A stretch of 63,431 nucleotides of DNA, filler included, from Rhabdomonas costata (Eukaryota), in the NCBI GenBank assembly GCA_019059605.1. It is 37 parts of 37 records of this genome, joined end to end, with 100 filler letters (N's around TTAATTAATTAA, not from the genome) between each part and the next. Parts side by side here need not be neighbours in the genome. Positions count along the whole stretch, not along the records: positions 12,027 to 13,644 come from JAHMHO010011896.1; positions 13,745 to 15,362 come from JAHMHO010011897.1; positions 15,463 to 17,079 come from JAHMHO010011898.1; positions 17,180 to 18,797 come from JAHMHO010011899.1; positions 18,898 to 20,515 come from JAHMHO010011900.1; positions 20,616 to 22,232 come from JAHMHO010011901.1; positions 22,333 to 23,950 come from JAHMHO010011902.1; positions 24,051 to 25,667 come from JAHMHO010011903.1; 29 more parts are not named here. One strand, written 5' to 3'. Position numbers and translations under genes: made by a program. The notes under the pieces are model-generated. The model was not told the origin of the DNA. It worked only from the letters and a program-made list of their open reading frames with translations, and did no database searches. Below, piece after piece: positions 12,330-25,495 of this stretch. Every line of letters begins with the position of its first letter. Position 1 is the first letter of the stretch.

Positions 12330-12993
12330 CACGTGCACGTGGCCGTGCCCACCTTTGCATGTAAGGCCATGACGGTGAGGGACCTTGTGGACCCCTCCAA
12401 GGCAACCGCGCTGCTACACCACGCCGCGCAACACGGCATGCCGAAGTTCTCCCTTGCCCTCCTTGAGAATGGGGCGGGACGTCTCCGCGAAAGTACGTGC
12501 ATCCCCCGCACATCAGTTTCAGTTTGATGGCCATGTTTTTCAGTTTTCAGTTTTTGCTTTTTTAAACAATTGAATCAAAAAATTAAAAAAAACAAGGCGG
12601 AAAATAGCCGGAAACGAGAGGTAGGAAATGGAAGTGGTGGGGTCTTTTTTAGCTGCTGTGATGTTGCGGATGGTATGTGTGGCGCGTTTCTGCGGAGGCG
12701 TGCGAGTCGGTTTTCATGAGTGGTTCTCTTCCAGTCCCCTTTCACAACTTTCACGTCTGTTTGTGTCTCTGCTTTAGGACGCCTCTGGGTTCACTTCCTT
12801 TTTTTGAGGTCGTCCTGCGGCACAGAGGCAGCGACGAAGTGGGGAAGGTCCTTGTCATGCCTCCGTGAGCTGCGGGGCCCTGGGCGTCCACTCCGTGGTG
12901 GACGCAGCGACGGGCCTCACCGCAGCCCAGCTGCGGTGGGAATGCCCCGCACTCGGTCAGCTAGGAACGGCCGTGTCGGACCTCACTCTGCCG
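12330..12993 (+). pseudogene. Ankyrin-repeat gene fragment with several 1-nt insertions (pseudogene or sequencing error); intron 12493-12777
   Basis: Removing duplicated bases gives LLHHAAQHG...ALLENGADVSAK|DASGFTPFFEVV...VVDAATGLTAAQL, which fits the ankyrin consensus across a phase-0 GT-AG intron. The 5' boundary is approximate. Confidence 0.6.
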
Positions 12994-14566
12994 GTATGTA
13001 CGAGCACGATTGCGTGCTGTATGTTGAGTTTGTAACCGAAAGGCGCGTTCGCAAAGGAAGCGTAACGCGGTCCACTTCATGGATAAGAATGTCCGCGTAC
13101 AGGCGACATAGTGAGCCAAACATATGAACTTCTGAATGAATGCAAATTTTTCCGCTGCCATGCAAAAAGGTAGAGCTGAATCCAAGGCAAGATCGACGCC
13201 TCATCTGTAGAACCTGAACGGAAGAGGTTCCAACACGCACAAGAAACAACCATGCTCACAGTGACGTGATGCTTAACGTATAGTAACACATAGGCTGAGA
13301 TTTTTTTCTTACTATCGCTAAACACCACAGCAAGTCCAAATCCAGACTAGTTCGGAACTTTTTTTCACCTCTCACTTTTGAGGTGGCAAGGGCAATTTAC
13401 GTGCAAAGGGTTCCTCTGGTCAATGTGGTGCTCGGCAGAGACCAACATCGCCCGTCCTTGCAGCCGTGGTTTAGCCGCACACTCTGGACGAGCACGAGGG
13501 CTCTGCTCACATTGGAGGTATCGATCACGTTCTAAATGAACCGTGGTCACAAGGTCCATTTGCGCGTGCAACGGCCACGAAACTCGGTCTGTGAGCGGAA
13601 CAGAACGTGTGGTTTTTAACGCCACGGTGCATCCAGTATGGTGTNNNNNNNNNNNNNNNNNNNNNNNNNNNNNNNNNNNNNNNNNNNNTTAATTAATTAA
13701 NNNNNNNNNNNNNNNNNNNNNNNNNNNNNNNNNNNNNNNNNNNNGGGGGTGTGTGACTCTTTGGGATTGACGATCCGCGCGTTGGGTTTGAGGAGCAAGT
13801 GGAAGTTGTGTCATTGTGCGTGTGCGTGTGCGTGTGTGTGGGGGTCACCTCAACCTTCCGCAAAGCGTTCATACAATTATTGCGGTGTGTTTAGTGTTTA
13901 GTGTACCGGGCGGTGAATGTGAATGTGAATGACTGAGTGATTGCGAGACGCGCGGGAGGAGGGTGCGACTTCCCTGCAAAGGAAGAAGGAAGAAAGTGTC
14001 CGCGATAGCATAGCCTCGAGGAAGACGTGTGCTTGAACACGTTTGGAGACCTGTGCGTCTCCAGAGGCTTCCTCTGCCATTGTGAGCTTGTGACGATGCC
14101 ATCTGCAACTGCACTCCTGCCCTTGCTGAGCTGCTTTTTGCTGTGGTTTTCACTTGTGGGGAAGAGATATTGATGCCCGTTGGCTGGGCTTGGGTTTTTT
14201 AACCGCAGAGCCTAGGTAGTAACCCCAACCCTATAACCAGTTCTGACGTGGCTGTGGCTTCAGCAGTACCTGAGCGTCAGAAGCGTGGTCAACACCGGTG
14301 AGAACTCTGAGACAAACACAATTGGAAACCTAAATCCGGCCCCATGCCCTTCGGAGACGTTAACCTTCTCTTTCACCTTTCAGGGGAAATGCGCATTTTG
14401 ACGAGCCAATGCACAGGTTGGAAATGAAAATCATGGGTCAGCGGGAAAACCGGGGAGGTGGTCTCTGGGAGAACCAGAAGCGTGTACTTGCTAATTCACT
14501 ACTACGTAGGTGATTTCTAGTTCCTGTGTGTTTTTCTGGCGACTGCACACCTGTCTGGAATCGCAG

Positions 14567-15168
14567 ACCAGCATCTCCCACGAGGGGGTCACCGTCCTCC
14601 TGAACCTGCTCCGCGAGCAGCTCTTCGCGGCGACCGGGGTGCTGTGTGGGCGCCGAGTGTGGGGCGCGCTGAAGAGCCAGGACATGACCCACTCCGACCA
14701 GCTCGACTTGCCCGCGTTCGCGAAGACCCTCCAGAAGCTGGACAGCAACCAGGCAACTTCTGCGCTTTTCATCTGTGGGTGGAGTAAGCAACCCCATCGA
14801 CAGCTGGGACATTTGTTTGCATACCTGTAAGAGTCCAACCACACATGTCCAGAAGTCATTGCGGTTGGTAATACTTATTTACTTTGCCATTACCTGGGCC
14901 CACCATTGCAGGAGACTGACTCGAGTCTTCACCCCCCGCAAGTGTTCACATGGCTGAAGCCTGCATCCTAAAAAGAAAAATAGAAGAACGGGGTTATGCA
15001 GCTTTGCAGCAAGGTACAAGCTGTATGCTTTGTTGTGTGGGTGGTGGTGGGGGTGGGGGTATTCTACAGATGTCCGACATTCAAATCGAGCTGCTGTTCA
15101 ACTACTTCGTTCCTGCGAGGACGGGAACCGTTAGCCTTGCGGAGCTGATGGACTTTGTTCTGCCCTCG
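14567..15168 (+). CDS. EF-hand pair protein, exons 14567-14752 and 15070-15168
   Basis: QDMTHSDQLDLPAFAKTLQKLDSNQ|MSDIQIELLFNYFVPARTGTVSLAELMDFV has calmodulin-like spacing. High GC3. Confidence 0.6.
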
Positions 15169-17216
15169 GTGTGGTCTCCCTCTTTTTGCAATTGAACCCG
15201 GAGATAATAGGTTATTGACGGGGTGGGCTGTTATCCTGGTTGTCCTGCAGCAGAAGGGACAGACAAAAACTTGTCTTGCTGCTCATGGTGGTTGCCACAG
15301 GAGTCTGGAGAGAAGTTTTTGTCTGTCCCTTCTGCTGCAGGACAACCAGGATAACACCCCCCNNNNNNNNNNNNNNNNNNNNNNNNNNNNNNNNNNNNNN
15401 NNNNNNTTAATTAATTAANNNNNNNNNNNNNNNNNNNNNNNNNNNNNNNNNNNNNNNNNNNNGGTGTTGAGGAAATGCTCTTCTAAAAAAGAATTTAAGC
15501 AGCCGCAGTCGTACCTCGACCCACGCCGCTACCACTCAAGAAGCCTTCCCTCCCAGAAGTTTTCAAAACTTGCTTAGAATCAATGGCCTTGGTGTTACTA
15601 GGTGGAGGGAAGCGGGTGAACGCCGAGCATTGTTTGGCGCGGAACCATTTTTTTGAAGGATACAGCCTTGAGCCTGGTTTTCCTGAGTTCGTTCACGCCG
15701 CGGCTTGGCCGCGGAGAGATTTTCCAGTCAAAGTTCCGTCCGAGGTGGAAAGGGCCTTGTTTTTGTGCATCGCCTTTCTTGCCACTATGTGTGTCCTATT
15801 CCCCGTGCGTTTGGTTTTTCTCGCTGTATGCGCCTTGGCGCTTACACCATTTTGGATCCGCCACGTGCCCACTTTTTATCCCTTCCCTGTGCCTCCCCCC
15901 GCTTTCTTCTGAACATTTGCCCACAATTTGTTTACTAACTTCTTCCTATACAGCCTCGTTTTTCCTTTGTTTTCCACATCGCCTCTATCGTAGAATTTTT
16001 TTGGAAGCTCATTTCTTAGAATTGGCTATGTCTAGTCTTTATAGCCTTTTTTTGCGGAAGTATGTAAAAATTCAAACGCACACCAAAGCAACGCCCTAAC
16101 GCGGAGAGGCAATTGAGGCAATCTCTCAATATCAATCCGCCAGATTTTTCCTGCGTTACACGCTTCAGATTCAACAATGTGGAAATGTTTCCAATTTGCC
16201 TTCAACGCTCTGGCTCAATGTGTGCCCACCCGCATGCTGAAGGCTCCCAACCAAGGCAAGACCGCAGTTTATTTGGCAGCTGCCAGCCCAATTGCACGGC
16301 GCTCCTCGCGGCCGCATTAGTAGGATCTTCTCCTGGTCAAAAATTCCATTTACGCCATGGTGCTGTGCATTTTTGCAATATCGGCCTCTTTTATTCGACG
16401 TTCTCTGAACGGGAATTGTTACCGCGTGCTTTTTGCGCGGTGGTTGGTAATAAAGAACACCACCATCCCAGCGGCATCGCATTGGGCATCCACTTGGGTC
16501 GCCATAGGGGCTGGTTAACAATTTGGTTGGTGTTAAGTTGAATCGCATGGTGTGTTTTACTCAACGTGGCAAACACACCTTGGAGCTGTAACCCAACCTT
16601 TTTTAGTCATGTTAATGGTCAAAGTGGAAGGGAACCTTTTTGCAATTCCATCACTCCAAGTCATTCATTGCATCCACCTCCATGGTTGGATAGCTTCGCC
16701 GACCAACACGAACAATTGGCATCTGGTTCGTGGTGTTATTGGCAAAATAAACAAATAAGGCGCCTTTAAAGCCAGCATCTGCTTTGTACATCAACCCACG
16801 GCTGATTTCACCACGGCACTTACGTTACTGACACCACCATGCTACAAAAAAGCGTAGCGTCACCAAGTTACATCTTTAACAGACGTTTAGTGCGTCATGC
16901 ATCCCTCATTCAATAATCCCGTCAATACCTTCACCATACTTTCTTTCCTTTGGCTTATGCCATGCCACCGCATTGGCTGTTCGCGGCGTGCCTTTAAGCC
17001 TTAAACTAAATTTCTAGCTGCCTCGTCCGGGCCGGTCCTGTTTCCCGGTTGTAGTTCCATAATGGCACACACACAAAACNNNNNNNNNNNNNNNNNNNNN
17101 NNNNNNNNNNNNNNNNNNNNNNNTTAATTAATTAANNNNNNNNNNNNNNNNNNNNNNNNNNNNNNNNNNNNNNNNNNNNTTTTAGATTCTTTTGTACACA
17201 ACAGAAACCTTCTTTT

Positions 17217-18740
17217 GTGAGTTGGCAACTGCCTTCTCGCAGCAACCCTGAAAGGTGGTGGTGTCGTGCTGCCTATGGTGGGGTGCTGTGGAGCGAGGGC
17301 CATCTTGTGGTGGACCGAGCGACCAGTCTCACATCAACACATGTCGCACTCAACCCAACAATGCCATGGTGTGCCTCGATGCCTCCTGGTGGTAATGGCG
17401 TCGTAACCTTGGTAGTGGTGATGCATACCGGTGTATGCCAAGACGTGATGTTACTACCAAGCTGCCAACCCATCACATTGTCATGCACTCACCGCATCAA
17501 CCCAACCCCAGGTAACCATAGATGGGTGTTGTTGGTAGTGGTGGAGGTGTTGAGTGCATGGCCCAAGATCGCCGTCCCATGAAGCAGCACCAACCCAACA
17601 CCAGCCAACGACATCAACACCCCAAGACCCAATCCAACAACCAGTATCCCAAGAGGCAAGAACGCAGCAAGCACAACCACCAAGCCCACGACTCCCAAAA
17701 CTCCAACACCAACCACCAGCACCAAGATAACTCCCAGCAGCCAGCATCCAACTCCATGCACAACACAACCACCATGAACCCAAGCACCAGGACTACCACC
17801 ACCACGACAGCACCCATCGTCCAAACACCCACAACGCCGAGACCAACAACACCAGCAACGCATCACCAACTCCAACACCAACACCACAGCACAAGGCAAG
17901 CACAAACACCCCAAACATTGCCAACACCACGACCCAAAGAAGCGACACAAGAACCAGCACCAACATCAACCCCAACACCATGATCCAAAGTATGGCCGAC
18001 AACCCCAATGCACCCAACCCTATAATACCAACCACCGCTAAACCAGTGAGATACAACAGTCACATAAGAAGTAGACTACACACGTGAGGGACCTATCATA
18101 GCAACCATAGGAATAGCAGAGCCCAACCCACACGAACTCCCATAAGCATCCAGCACCAGATCAACCGAACCAACACATGCACAGAGCCCACTATCCAACC
18201 CAAGAACTCGCAAGGCGCTAGAAGATGCCAATACAGAACCCACCTCGCCCCAACACCCAACGCGGAACCCACAGTCGACACTACATCCAGCGCCGCACAA
18301 CACACCCCAGAGGTCAGATGGACAAGCAGAAACACGGACGGATTAGTCAACACAAGTCGAAGAACCCCACGAAACAACCCAAGCAGCCACGCAACCAACA
18401 ACACCTGCATCAACGACACGACAAGGATCGAGCACAGCATGCACAAACACCAGCAACCCCACGCACACCAGCACCAAACACACCACCCAACCCACGCTCG
18501 CCACCAACCAATGCACACGAAACCCCAGCACCACCCATAGTATCAGAAACATCGCATACGCAACCCATCGAATCCTGCACACCGCAAGCACCCTACCCAC
18601 AGCACCCAACGCAACATCCAACCCACAACCACAAACCAAGGCAACGACACTCCAATACAATCACTCGGCTGAAGAACAGAACCAAAACGCAAGAACCAAA
18701 CCCGTAACCAATTGCAAACCCACACACACACACGAACCCC
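17217..18740 (+). mobile_element. Strongly A/C-skewed low-complexity relic, possibly a decayed Ty3/Gypsy integrase
   Basis: Residual motifs GGVLWSEGHLVV, GNHRWVLLVVVEVLSAW, HP.SDGQAE (about 18303-18330, needs a frameshift) and NTS...HTSTKHT. Spacing is irregular. Confidence 0.3.
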
Positions 18741-21700
18741 AATGACTAGCCTGGAGACAACTCAGACCTCTTAGACATGAATTGAAGACAAAACAACNNN
18801 NNNNNNNNNNNNNNNNNNNNNNNNNNNNNNNNNNNNNNNNNTTAATTAATTAANNNNNNNNNNNNNNNNNNNNNNNNNNNNNNNNNNNNNNNNNNNNATG
18901 GTGGGGGTATGCGAGCACTTGCTTCATGTGAAGCGGGAGAACTGTGCGAGGAAAAACCCCAAGTTACCCCGTCACACGAAGCAAGTGCTCGCATACCCAC
19001 AACAATCCAAGTAAATACCGCTCACGTTGGCGAACACACTGATCACTTCAGGAAAGCTAAAATAGAACGCTGGGTTTTGAAGATATAGGACGAACTGCCC
19101 TCTCTGATGAGGTAAGCGAGCAAAACGCCGCCGCCCATGGTCAGAAACTCAATGTGCATCAGAAAAAGCTTCGGTTGGATGCAAATACCACGAGAGTTGG
19201 TGCTGACTTCCGCAGCAAGGGGAAGGGATGTGCTGTTTGTCATCGTTGAAAAGGAAACTAAAACGAACAAAGAACCTGTTTTGAAACATCCATGTAAACC
19301 TCGACACCGATATGGCGACAGGAAATTTCACTAGCCCCGCTGAGAGAAAATGCCAGCTCGCTACAATGTGGTCGCAGTAAGTCATGTGAAAAGTGAGTTC
19401 GTCACAACACTGACGTAGCGACAAACCGAACCACAGACAAAAACAATAAATTTGCCATCCCACCAACCCCCGAATTGAAATTTGCAGTGTATACGCTGAG
19501 TTGATCTTGGTCACCTCTGTGTGTTTATATGTTGTCAACAATGACCAATGACGGAAATTTGCAAGTGGTCGCCCTATTCCATCCGGAACTGACCTTTTCG
19601 CGACAAAAACAGACACAAGGTCCGCGTTTCCGATGCCAGGCTTTAACCTTCAATTTTCGGTGGACACCCCCCCCCGCATGCATTCTGTTTGCGAATGCTT
19701 TTGATGGCAGTGTCTTTGGTGGCCACATTGTTGTTTTGATGACTCTTCCCATCCCATTTCTTTGCCTTTCCCAAGTATCAGTCTTTGATGGGAAACAATT
19801 GACTGAATGCTCCGGAATGGTGAGGATCACGTACGTACCTCCCCAAACCTCACCGTTTATGAATGCACATCGACACCCCCTCCCCACAAAAATCTCTCAC
19901 GGCGAACCATAAAAAATCACTTAGTCAGGTGATCTTTTTTTTGCATTTACTCTGCAATTTTTGGCTCCTGCGAGAAACCGACAGCTCTCCTTTGGTGGTC
20001 GAGTGCGGGTTATCAGCGTTAGTGAGCAAGGGCTCAGCGTCGCGGCTTGCGCTGGATATCTTTTCTGTAACCCAGTGGACGGTGAGCATATTCTGCAGCA
20101 GTGGAACGAACGAAGCGACACCCCGGCCTCACTCCCGCCTTAGCGCTCTTCAGGAGCACCAGTAGAGTATTCCCTTCAGTAAAAATATTAGCTTACGGTG
20201 AAAGCAGCAAGCGGCAAGAGCGCGAAACCGCGGGATATGAACAATTGTTTATGAAAATCGCTACCTTACGTTTTCCCGAAGACTGACTTGAATCAAGTCG
20301 TATTCGATAGGAAAACAGCTTGATACCAAAACAAGCCTGAGTTCAACTCAATCGATATCACAGATGAAGCCAGAGCCCAAAAGTCCAGAACCGCGGGTGA
20401 AGAAACAAGGCATCGTCCCAAAATACCAAGTTTCGCACAGTGCACTCGAAAAATAAAAAGAGGAAGGTTCGAGAACGGAAAGCCACGGGAAGCATGGCAG
20501 CAGTTGCAGCAGTGGNNNNNNNNNNNNNNNNNNNNNNNNNNNNNNNNNNNNNNNNNNNNTTAATTAATTAANNNNNNNNNNNNNNNNNNNNNNNNNNNNN
20601 NNNNNNNNNNNNNNNCGGCAAAGCACCGGAGCAAAACTGACTCTTTGGTTTCGCGTAAGTTCTCCCCGCAGTCCTGACGCCGTCTGTCCGACACGTGCCT
20701 TCGTGTGCTTTCCCCATTTGTTCTCTCACTGGGCGATGGGGGTCTGGAGTGTTCCGGGGTTAGGGTTCTCCATCACCAGACCCGGGTCTGGTGCGTTCAT
20801 TGTGAGAGTTGCAAGAGTTGGCAACTGCTATGGACTTCAAGATTCCTCTGCCCGCCAGTCTGCGTCTGCGTAATCCAGACGGAGTCGTGACGCCATGGCT
20901 TCTGCATTTCCTTTTGTTCCCCTTCGTGATCGCTTCCTTGTTGAAGGCATTCGCCCTCCTGGCGCAACAGGTTTGCGCCATTGCTTGTTTCCCCAGTACG
21001 TGGCCGGAGGATGTGGATTCTTTCCCAACACATAGTGCCGGTGTGCTGACATCCTTCTGGACAGGTCGCTCCGTATCTTCCTCCCGCCCTTCTTTGTTCT
21101 TTTCTGCTTTCTTTTGGCTGCCGGGCATCGATAAATCGGTGCTCAGCACTTTCGGGTTTACCCCCCCTCCCCATGCTCTGACTGTGCCTGTGCCTGCGTT
21201 TGGCCTTCACTGCTTTGTGCTGCTTTGTCAACTCAATTGTTCCAAAATATAGTTTTGTATGCAATTCCCTGTTTCTCCGTACTCCGGCACTTCCACCGCT
21301 GTGCGGGCTTCTACTTTGTGTCTTCAGGCGCGACTTGCTCCTCACAGTGGTATGATGCCCAAAATGACACCCGTTCAGGTGTTAACGCCTCAGTTTTAAC
21401 TGGCCAATTGAATGATTGATTGATTGATTGATGTTTTAAGGTTTTAAGTAAGCCTCATCCCTAGGTGCTCGTTTATAATGCTGCTGGTAGGTTCGCCCGG
21501 GCCTCAGAGGGGTGGGGGTCGGGGGAAGATGTGGCTGAACGCTCGAGAACAGCACAGAAACGCACAGGCACATTACCCTTTTTTTTGCCCTCCTCCTCTT
21601 CCCCCCTCATTGCAAAACCCGACCTCTATGAGACAAGATTTTCAATTACGCTGCCCTGAATGAGTCCTCTAATTGCCCCTCTAATTGGGGAATTCTTGTT

Positions 21701-22811
21701 TTAGTACGAGCCCAGTTCCGGAAGTCCACAATGGTGCTCCAGTTATACCAACGGAGTACATAGGCTGGAACGCAGAGACGCAGCCGCCACAAATCTGTGA
21801 CACTACGGTTTAATCCTGCTCCGTTTTCTACAGGTGTCTACCTGTTTTGCACTCCCGCCATTGTTCTGCCTTTCCTGCCTTCTTTTTTGGAATGCCTAGA
21901 GAAGCCGCCGGGGCATCGGAAACTACTGGTCTTCCGCAGCTCCGTGCGAAGCGGGGCTTCCTGTTGATGGACTTGGCCTTCGACAGTGGAGAAGTACGTG
22001 CGGTGCAGATTGTGGCCTGAAACATTCGCGAAATACTTAGAATTGTGCAGGCATTGAATGGTCGATGCACAGGGGGTGTGTTTTTTTCGAGAACTTGTTT
22101 GGAACGTCACCGGCGCTGAGTCGAGATGTTTAGATGGTGTACATTCACATAGGACGGGATTTGAGGTCGAGGTCAGGAATAGAAGACACCTAAGATTGGA
22201 TCACACCCGTTCAACAGTTTTTTCTCTGCTGANNNNNNNNNNNNNNNNNNNNNNNNNNNNNNNNNNNNNNNNNNNNTTAATTAATTAANNNNNNNNNNNN
22301 NNNNNNNNNNNNNNNNNNNNNNNNNNNNNNNNGTTTGTTTGTAGCAGTTTGGGGTTGAACTGAATAGAATACAAGAATAGTTTTTTTTTGGGAGGAAGCA
22401 CTCGGTGTGAACCTGAAGGTCCCCCCACAAAAAAAAACTATTCTTGTATTCTATTCAGTTCAACCCCAAACTGCTGCAAACAAATGCAAACGAGCCAACC
22501 ATCAGGGGAAAATTAGATCAAGGAAATGAACGACCTTTTTCACTCAACACAGTTCCTCTGCCAATTTAGCGAATTTTCCCAGCTATTTTTCCCCCTTTCC
22601 GTGCCCTTTTTGGTCCAAGCGTCTCATCACTCAATTTTGTACCCACCTGATTTTCCCATTCAGTCAGGGTTCGGTTCAACTCAATTCAATGCGCAGACCT
22701 GCGTCACCAGAGTTTAGCCAGCAACTCACCTTCACTTCAAATGTTTGTTGTTCGTTGCCAATTTCGCAAAAAAAAAAAACGCTGCAGTTGTGGTGCGGAC
22801 ACCCAACCAAC

Positions 22812-23836
22812 CTGGTGCCCACAGAAGAACCTCACCACGGAGGGGTCGGGGCAGGCAGGGGTATGGCCCAGGCAGATGGCGCAGCACGTCCCCTGAAGCC
22901 CGGGCGCCGGCGTGGAGAGCCGCAGCAGCAACCCCGCGGACAGATACAAAGCGTTAGTCTCATCGGACGTCGCGGAGGTGAGAGTCTCGATGAGCGTCAG
23001 GGAGCTCATTCCCTCCACTTGAAGAAGAAGGAGATGAGCTTCAGTGGGACTCAGCCCCAAAACCCGACCAATGTCGGACTTGCAAGTGTCCTTAATGCAA
23101 GCACAAAGCTGTGAAACTCAACCTTCTACTTCCTGCCAAGCCGTTCTCAACAGCAAAACTTTGCCATTTACGTTGACCACGGGAATGTGCAGGAACGACT
23201 GTGATGTGCCAAGATCATGTGGAACCAAATCAGCCAAAAAAAAATACCACTAATATTTATATTTAAACAAGCAAACCAGACTTTCCAAAGAGTATATTTC
23301 CTTTTGCAAACCTCGACTTTCCATTCAATCTGGAGTTGGACCTCTTCTTCTGTCAGCACCCGGGGGACCTTGTCCGGACGCGGAAGGGCAACTTCCACGG
23401 GTTCCAGGGGTTCTTCCCCGGAATACTCCACATAAAAACAATCCCCCGATTCGTCACGAGCCTTGTCGCACATCTCACCAAGTTCGTCCTGAAAGCAATG
23501 ACACTCTTCCCCATTTGCTCCTGACTTGCTGTCACTCAGCGCCAGACTGTCTTCTTTCCGATCAGCGCAGCAAACATGCAAATCACCGTCTCGCCCATTT
23601 GGAAGTAAATCCCGCGATCTCTTCAGACAAAGCCCAGATTGGCCCTTGCATCCGGAAGTCGGCCCATTGAAGTCAATGTGAAGAGCTTCTGCTGTTTCAG
23701 TAGAGTCTTCGCCCAGAACATCTCTCCCTTCAATTGGTACTGTAAAAATGATAAGAAAGAAGAGCACCCAGGACAACGCAAACGTAAGACAGGCAAGGAG
23801 AAAAATCATGACAAACAGGACCTTCATGTCGAGCAA
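22812..23836 (-). CDS. Ariadne-like RBR/RING E3 ligase fragment, exons about 23836-23312 and about 23108-22812
   Basis: Acidic region, then RVLTEEEVQLQIEWKVE|...IGRVLGLSPTEAHLLLL...LIETL...CAICL...VVRFFCGHQ (start of RING1). Donors GTTTGC (23311) and GTTGGT (22811). The 5' end and the acceptor choice are uncertain. Confidence 0.55.
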
Positions 23837-25014
23837 CTTCGGCAGCTTTCTGCCACCATCTCTGCATCACTTCCATAAAAGTTGAAAACATGCAATAAAA
23901 GTTGCACTTACTTGGGAAAGAGAAGTGCCCACATCAAACAATTCACACCANNNNNNNNNNNNNNNNNNNNNNNNNNNNNNNNNNNNNNNNNNNNTTAATT
24001 AATTAANNNNNNNNNNNNNNNNNNNNNNNNNNNNNNNNNNNNNNNNNNNNGTTTGTTGACCTTGTGGTCTTATGTTCCGTTCCGGTTCCTTTCAAAAGGA
24101 CTGAAGAGGAAATGAAATACAACCGCCTTTGAAGACGACTAGGGTGCCTCGGTTTGATCTTGTTTCCTCGGGTAATCTTTCGACCTTCAGGCCATTGTTT
24201 TAAGCTGACGCATCTTTTATTCCTTCAGAAACGAAAATAGCAGTCACACAGCCTTTTTTTGCGCTGCTGGGCAAACTTCAGCTTTCTGCTTTTTTATACT
24301 CAGGGGTCACTGCCGATCACACAGCTGCGGTGCATGAGCTGTGCTTGGGATGCGGGATGAGGGCTGTGCTCTTGAAGCCGGTGCTTTCCGCTTGCGTTGC
24401 CGTTTTTCTCCACTCTGCTGCCCCCGACTATGGAACGTTCCTCTTAGCAATGGTCTCATATGTTGTTTGGGTATGTCTTCAGTTCTCATCTTAACATTTT
24501 TAATCAAGACACCAGTGAAGTCGTCATCATTGGGTCTGCAAACTCCTCACTGTGCCTCGGGACCTGCACAAGACCTGGCGCACCATAGCCGCTTTCGGAT
24601 TGTCTCTGAACAGGTCATGGGGCCTCAGCTGTACGATACAATGAGCTACGCCATCCGCTCTGATACGGAGTCCGGCGGATGTGGTGGTGTTTCCGCTGAC
24701 GTCCCACCACTTTCGGACTAAATCGATCTGTCCTTCTGAGACAGAAAAACGGGGCGTCGCTGGCAGAATCACCCCAATTTGTATTCTGCGCCTGTCTACT
24801 CGTGACTGGTGCACAGGAAAAGGGCAGGTCTTCTTCAGGAAAGGTGGTCGGTGACCGTCATTCCATACTGGTCTGTTCTCTTCTTTCTTTTCTTTTCTAC
24901 TTTTCCGTTTCTTTTTTGTTTTGTCCCCATGCAACATTGCAGCTTTTTACATATGGCCTATAGCGGCTGTTTTGACTACACATTGCTTTGTGATTGTGCT
25001 GTGCACCACCAGTA

Positions 25015-25100
25015 GGCGGTTATTGGCGGGTAAACCCGGCAAACCACCCAATAGCCGCCCGGAACCCGCTCCGCCCAATAGCCGCCCGGAACCCGCTCCG
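25015..25100. repeat. 26-bp direct repeat CCCAATAGCCGCCCGGAACCCGCTCCG x2 with a partial inverted copy upstream
   Basis: Tandem copies at about 25047 and 25074. GGCGGTTATTGG at 25016 is the near reverse complement of CCAATAGCCGCC. Confidence 0.75.
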
Positions 25101-25457
25101 AGAGGTAATTTTCCATTTTGTGCGGTATTTCTCTCTGTGGCGATTCCTTTCACTGTGGCATTGCACTTGAGGCGTGCGCACTTGTGAAGACATGCGTTTC
25201 AGCTCAATCCCGTGCATTTTTTCACTGTTTCAAAGGTGGCGCATTTTGCTGCGCGGGGTCCCATTTTGAGACAAGCACAAACTTTACCGGTGCGGTTGCA
25301 CTGTGCTCGTGAGGTAGAGCTGCTGTTTCCCAGAAGGAAACACAAACCCATTCTACCGTCGCCGCGGCTCAGCGGAAGTAGAGAGAAGCAGAAGAACTTA
25401 AGCGCCAGCCCACTTGGAGCTCAGATCGGTTTTTAGGGAACTTTGAAGAACAGAAGA

Positions 25458-25495
25458 TTTTCGAAGTTTTTCGAAGTTTTTCGAAGTTTTTCGAG
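25458..25495. repeat. 10-bp minisatellite (TTTTTCGAAG)n
   Basis: About 4 consecutive units are visible. Confidence 0.8.

Noticed and set aside
17481..18731. Many overlapping Val/Gly/Trp/Cys-rich and Pro/Thr/Gln-rich ORFs as real genes
   Set aside because: They are a consequence of compositional skew depleting stop codons on both strands.
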